The notes under the pieces are model-generated. The model was not told where the DNA came from. It did not search any database and was given only the letters and a program-made list of their open reading frames with translations. This document shows, one piece after another, positions 58,979 to 64,000 of a stretch of DNA of 64,000 nt. Within the stretch, counting starts at the first letter, position 1; each line of letters starts with the position of its first letter. The stretch lies in assembly GCA_002633005.1 (NCBI GenBank), contig NMRA01000188.1:478883-542882 (forward strand), read 5' to 3'. The position numbers and the translations under genes were made by a program. This DNA comes from Phoronis australis. Taxonomy: Eukaryota > Animalia > Phoronida.

Positions 58979-60224
58979 TTGTTCTTCATTTAAATGGCTG
59001 TAAGGGGCAAGATGAGTCGGTCGGTTAACTCCCAGATTTTGCATGTTCCCACCCACCGATCTTTAGCTTTACATGTTGATACTAGTTTCACAACGAGGTC
59101 ACGAGCAGAACTACCCGGGCTGTGTGCAATTTCGAGGACTGTCGGAGCTCAACACAGTGGTACCTAACTGTATTTTGACAATATCTTCCTACACCTAGCT
59201 GGCTGGCTACGCAAGACGATACGTCATCCAAAACAGTAACTAAGTTGTCATTAAAATAACATGCCGTCTTCTGTGTCTTGAAGCCAAGCCCGCCCTTTCT
59301 GCCAATCAGATTCAAAATCTCTCCTTCTCTTCTATTTTTCATAATCTGCTTGATATTTTCTTTTTTTACACTGTAGTTTGCTTTGAAGGAGGGCTGACTC
59401 TCTCTAAATAAGCCACATTCTTAAGCTTGACAAATGAAAATGAGAACACCCTAGACGATAGTATGTGCACCAGTCGTGCACAAGTTTATGCACGGATCAT
59501 GATTCTGCCTCGTGCGTAGACTAGAACAGTTTTAAAGGGTTGGGAATAATACTCATTGTCTTGCCAGTGGCAACACTGAGAAACACTGTACTGCTAAATC
59601 ATATGGCTGGACAAAGGAAAAAAAATAAATGCACCTGGAAATCTGGCCGCACCAAATAGACTAAACATTGCGATATTTTTATTTTGTTAATAACGATAAC
59701 AAGGACAACCATTTTAATTTACATGTGTTTTCAATGTTATTATTTATAAAATATTCTTGGCTAAAATTACACAGTACAATAAGAAGTCAGCTCCAAGAAA
59801 AATGTTAATTCAATAACTGCTGTGAGCACATGAACCGGTCTTCCGTTTTTACTCTCTTTTTCGTCGTTTCCGACTAGTCCACAAATTCCTTTGTGCACGA
59901 CCCACCACATGTCCCACTCGATGTCACCTTCTGTCTAGACGAATGGCATAACGGAACGCTTAACATCTACTGACTTAGTAGGAGCGCACTGCGCCGATCT
60001 TTTTTAATGCCGGGGCACACAGACGCGGACCAAACTTAACCTTAAATTCATGATAAAAACGGCACAGAGAGGAGAAAACTTATTCATTTCAATATGGGAA
60101 ACGATAGCGTGCTTTTGTGCTCAGAAAATTCGCTCGTTACCTGGGCGATCGGCAAGTGAACTTCTACTCGCCCAGCACTATTTTTACTCGCATTGGCAAC
60201 TGGGCGAGTGGCTGTGTATCCCTG
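58201..60224. mobile_element. 2.0-kb non-autonomous TIR element with 5-bp TSD (hAT5-like)
   Basis: TIR CAGGGATATAC / GTGTATCCCTG; TSD TGGTG (58196-58200, 60225-60229); subterminal CTGGGCGA motifs at both ends. Confidence 0.85.
58452..59209. mobile_element. 758-bp element with TAGCC...GGCTA ends and a 9-bp TSD, nested in 58201-60224
   Basis: Exact TSD CGCAAGACG at 58443-58451 and 59210-59218; further family copies near 23.3 and 24.1 kb. Confidence 0.85.
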
Positions 60225-60689
60225 TGGTGTACCGCAGATATACATTTAAAAGATTGCAATAAACTTCCATGAAGAGAAGTTTTATTTGGAAGGGAAATTT
60301 TGGACCTGGTGGGGGAAAAGTCATCAGGTTTTTAAATAGACTACATAGCGGAATGCGGCTGATATTCGTTACCACAATCAAGGCAGCAGATTGTACCTAT
60401 CCAAATTGTCCGCAAGACAGAGAGAACCAGTAACATCCACTCAATAACGGGTATTTTTCAGGGGAAGTTCAACTGTAGACAGAAAACCAATTCTGAATCT
60501 AAAACAGGGTCTACATGATCAAATTTTAGGATTACACATCAAATACTGACCCGCCCAAGTCCATATTATGACACCATGAAGAATTCATCTTCAGAAATGA
60601 TAGGGATAGTATAACTGTACAGAAATCAATCAATTCAAAAGTACTTGTGGACTCAGAGATTAATGTTTTACCTTATGTTTTTTACTGAC

Positions 60690-62681
60690 CAGGGCTCGAC
60701 GCTATTAAAATCGCCAGGTCGCATTTTGCGACCTAGCCATAATCCCAGGTCGCATTTTCAAAATCCAGTTCGCAATAATAAATGCCAGGTGGCAAAAATT
60801 TCCCGCCATTTCTACGCGCCAAAATTGATTTGTTTTTTAGATCATTGAGAAAATGTTTAGATTATGCTCTTACCTGCAGCGTTAAATACTCAGATCCCAA
60901 AATTGACTTCGTTCACGCAGGTACGGCGTTACTGTTCTTCACGACCGCCATTGAAAGGCTCTAGAGCGCAAGGCAAGTTGCCGACGTGAACGTTGAATTA
61001 GTGCTCTCTAACTGACATGTGCATTCGAGTAGCTAAGTCTGCGATGTGAAAAGGGAGAAAATGCCCGCTGAAAAAGTATCCGGGATTTTGCTAGGTCTGA
61101 CCTGCTGCTAGCTGTCAGCAAAGTCGTTAAAGAGTCAAACCAACTCGGAGTGCAAATTTCTTCCACTTTTTGTTCGCAGCCCAAATTTTGCAACTTAACT
61201 GGACGTTTGAAAAACTTCTGACGATAAAAATCCGTGAAACGATGCCCTAACCGATTGAACAATTCAGTGCAAATTTTACAACTTATGTTGTTTACGTAAT
61301 CGGCAATTAGTTTTCTATGAAGCGAATAGCCTCAAAATAATTCCCGACTACCTCCGTGCGGGTTTCCATCGGGTAATGGCAAATTTGCGCATCAATACCT
61401 TCCAAGTACGGGAAAAATAGGTCAGTCACAAAACGACACGCATGTCACTAGTGTTAACTTTCTTTCGGAGGTATAAAACAAAGCCGGGATTTGGTTTTTA
61501 CATATTGAGAAAAGAAGTTTTTTTGAAAACTGAATTTGTTGTGTAAAATGAGAGTGACACACCATATAGGCTCCGTGTCAATTTTAAAGCCCACGCGGTC
61601 GTTTGTAGTGCGTTATGATGGGCGCTAGCCTGAATTGTGGGCGCTTAATAGGAAATTCTCAAAAGTTGAGGGGAAACACTTAGTAGATCAGTGAGCGCTT
61701 ATTGTGAAACACTTCAAAGGTAGGGAGTAGGCTTGTTCGTGAGCATAGTGGTTAACCTGAGTGCTTGCAGTAACAAGATATTAAAAGACTACAATGGTAA
61801 GCCGGTATACTCTTTCAAGTAAGACTGTCCCTATTCTCTTTTGATGTGCAGCTTTGAACTGGTGCACACGCATGAGTTCACGCACTTGAATCGCTGGAAT
61901 AGGCCTCCACTTTACGTTGGCAACAACGCGTGAAAGACAAATCATATTTGGCGCACGTAGCTCCAGAAACAAGTAAGGGGTTTGAGAATTTCTTGGCAAC
62001 TGAAAGTACAGATGTGATCAATGTTTGGCGAATAATAGGGTTGTCATTTTAACTTTGGCTGTCTTATGGGATAAAAATGAGGCGCACATCTCTCAGTCAC
62101 GATTGTCTGCCGGGACTGCTTGCACACTAACAACGGGACCGACCAGTGCCGCAGTGCGATATCGGGTATTGTCGTGGATATTTGGTACATGTAATAAGGA
62201 CATCTTACGCGAAAAATGAACATATTTGTCCACCACAGAGTTTGGTAAGTTGATCGCTTAAGAATTAATAGAAACACCGCTGCTTTGTGACGTTTTATCA
62301 CGTGTTATGCAGTGGCCCGAAACTTTCTCCGGCGAATCCGGAAATTTGCAAAAGTTGCGGAAAATGTTAGCCAATGAAACGCGTCAAAGATCGATTTTGC
62401 ATATCCCATGTTCACGCGACTTGCTTACAAGTCATTGGGAGGGCTGTTCTCAGTTAGTGTTCTTTTGAACTTGGATTTGGCAACAACAAAATAATGGTCG
62501 GATTAACAAGAGTTGCTTTATATTTGCCAGGTATCTGCCGAGAAGTGTAAAAACTCAGCTCGCATTGGTTGGAAATTCCATGTCGCATTTTGCGACTTGA
62601 TAGGAGCTGACAAAAATCTCAGCTCGCATTTCCAAATTTCAGGTCGCAAATGCGACCTGCAGCTCGTTATGTCGAGCCCTG
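60690..62681. mobile_element. 2.0-kb non-autonomous TIR element with 5-bp TSD (hAT5-like)
   Basis: Perfect 11-bp TIR CAGGGCTCGAC / GTCGAGCCCTG; TSD CTGAC (60685-60689, 62682-62686); subterminal palindromes AGGTCGCA..TGCGACCT at both ends. Confidence 0.88.
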
Positions 62682-64000
62682 CTGACCATTCAGGACATCG
62701 CTTATTTTATCAGATCAAAATAAGAGAGCAGAAGATGGCAATTTTATCCATTTTGTAACAACGTCTGAGATAAAATTGTCAAAAATTGCTTGAATTTGGG
62801 ACAGCCAGTATTGCCAACTTTTTAAATTTTGGTACCAGTTTCGGCTTTGAGCAAAATAATTAATTTTCCATTGCCCCAACCATATTTACTTCTACTATCC
62901 TCACTTGGCAGTAATGTCTCCCAAGTGTTTATGGTCTTGATGTGGAGATCTCAACAAGTACAAGAGTGAAGGGGTGACCAAATAGAACAGAGGAAAGAAA
63001 CCCATTCACACGAGTCCAAGGATCACAGGGAGACACCAGACGGGGATCTTGGTGATGATGGGGGAGTGGAAGCATTTCTCCTCATTGGAAAACTTCTTTT
63101 CCAACCAGAGGCAGAGGGCACAGATATCTTACACCTGGACCAGAGCTGAACGATGAGGGGTTTAACGAAAAAAAATCCCATCTGAAAAGGCCCCTGATAG
63201 AGGGCACACAGTGCACTCACTCCTGACTCCTGTTAGCTAACCATTTGAAAGCAGTTCTGTGTAAAATATTGAGCCTTTCTAACCTCTATAACTTTTAGCA
63301 GCAGTTAGATAAATTGATCACACGGTCACAGCAAAAGATTGTTAGACTTTCAATCTATTACAATACAGAATTTCAGATGGAATTACCAACAAGACAGCAT
63401 TAGTCACCCAATTTTTCATGCTGACAAGCATGAATCTGCGTGACCCATATCCGCACCCAAAAGGCGCCATTTTGAAACATATCCAAAACAAAAATCCAGG
63501 GGTGCAAACAACCGGCAACTAAAATCATTCGCGGTAAAAAGACACATGAAGATCTGTAGGAGCTAACTAAGCGGCTAATTTTCTATACAACCATCTGCTT
63601 AAAATAATGATCGGAGGAAACAGACACGAGATTAAAGATTCATTGTCAGACTGCTAACCTCTATCCAAACAAAACACCGCCATTTTACTGGCGAATTTAC
63701 AACCGAACAAAAACGAACTGTCAAGTCGTGTTTAGAGATTTTTCCTAGCAAATCGAAACAAAGCAAAAGACAAAATTGTAGTGAAAAGGGTAAGGGTACA
63801 TACATATTATTCAATGGAAATATGATAAACATATACTTACGTCTAAACAATGATAAATTCAACAATTTCTCAGGAAGACATGTGTGTCAACTTCAACCCG
63901 CCATAGTAAAATAAGGACATAGCCTCACTTTCGCGCGGCATAAATTAGCCGGCATGTACTGACGTCACACGTAACCACCAGGGGACGTAATATCACTTCA

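Noticed and set aside
63023-63865. Candidate upstream brat exons (donor-like sites near 63132 and 63840)
   Set aside because: Donor motifs alone, with no homology or transcript evidence.

Overview
Eukaryotic DNA from an invertebrate animal draft assembly, AT-rich, with N gaps at 38859-39274 and 52110-52440 and single Ns at 29853 and 57448. I reconstructed four protein-coding genes by hand, all on the minus strand, with GT-AG introns and consistent exon phases. (1) An orphan class A GPCR with an intronless CDS (1091-2119). (2) A 10-coding-exon ABHD18/C4orf29 alpha/beta-hydrolase (10201-23137, about 482 aa). (3) A 6-exon stand-alone Maf/YhdE-type dTTP/UTP pyrophosphatase (31089-39873, 221 aa). 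(4) A brain tumor (brat)-type TRIM-NHL gene (49516-54606, at least 825 aa) that keeps an N-terminal RING finger and appears to have a long UUGUU-rich 3' UTR. The rest is dense with mostly non-autonomous mobile DNA, often nested: TIR elements with clean 3-, 5-, 6- and 9-bp target-site duplications, Helentron/HINE-like arrays carrying CTCF-consensus motifs, and decayed L2/CR1 and Penelope fragments. Two gap-flanking duplications look like uncollapsed haplotypes. I cannot demonstrate a new biological system here. The best leads are the RING-bearing brat with possible autoregulation, the GPCR with Lys at position 3.32, the CTCF-motif repeat arrays and the atypical-TSD nested transposons. All family assignments and counts were made by eye, with no database search.
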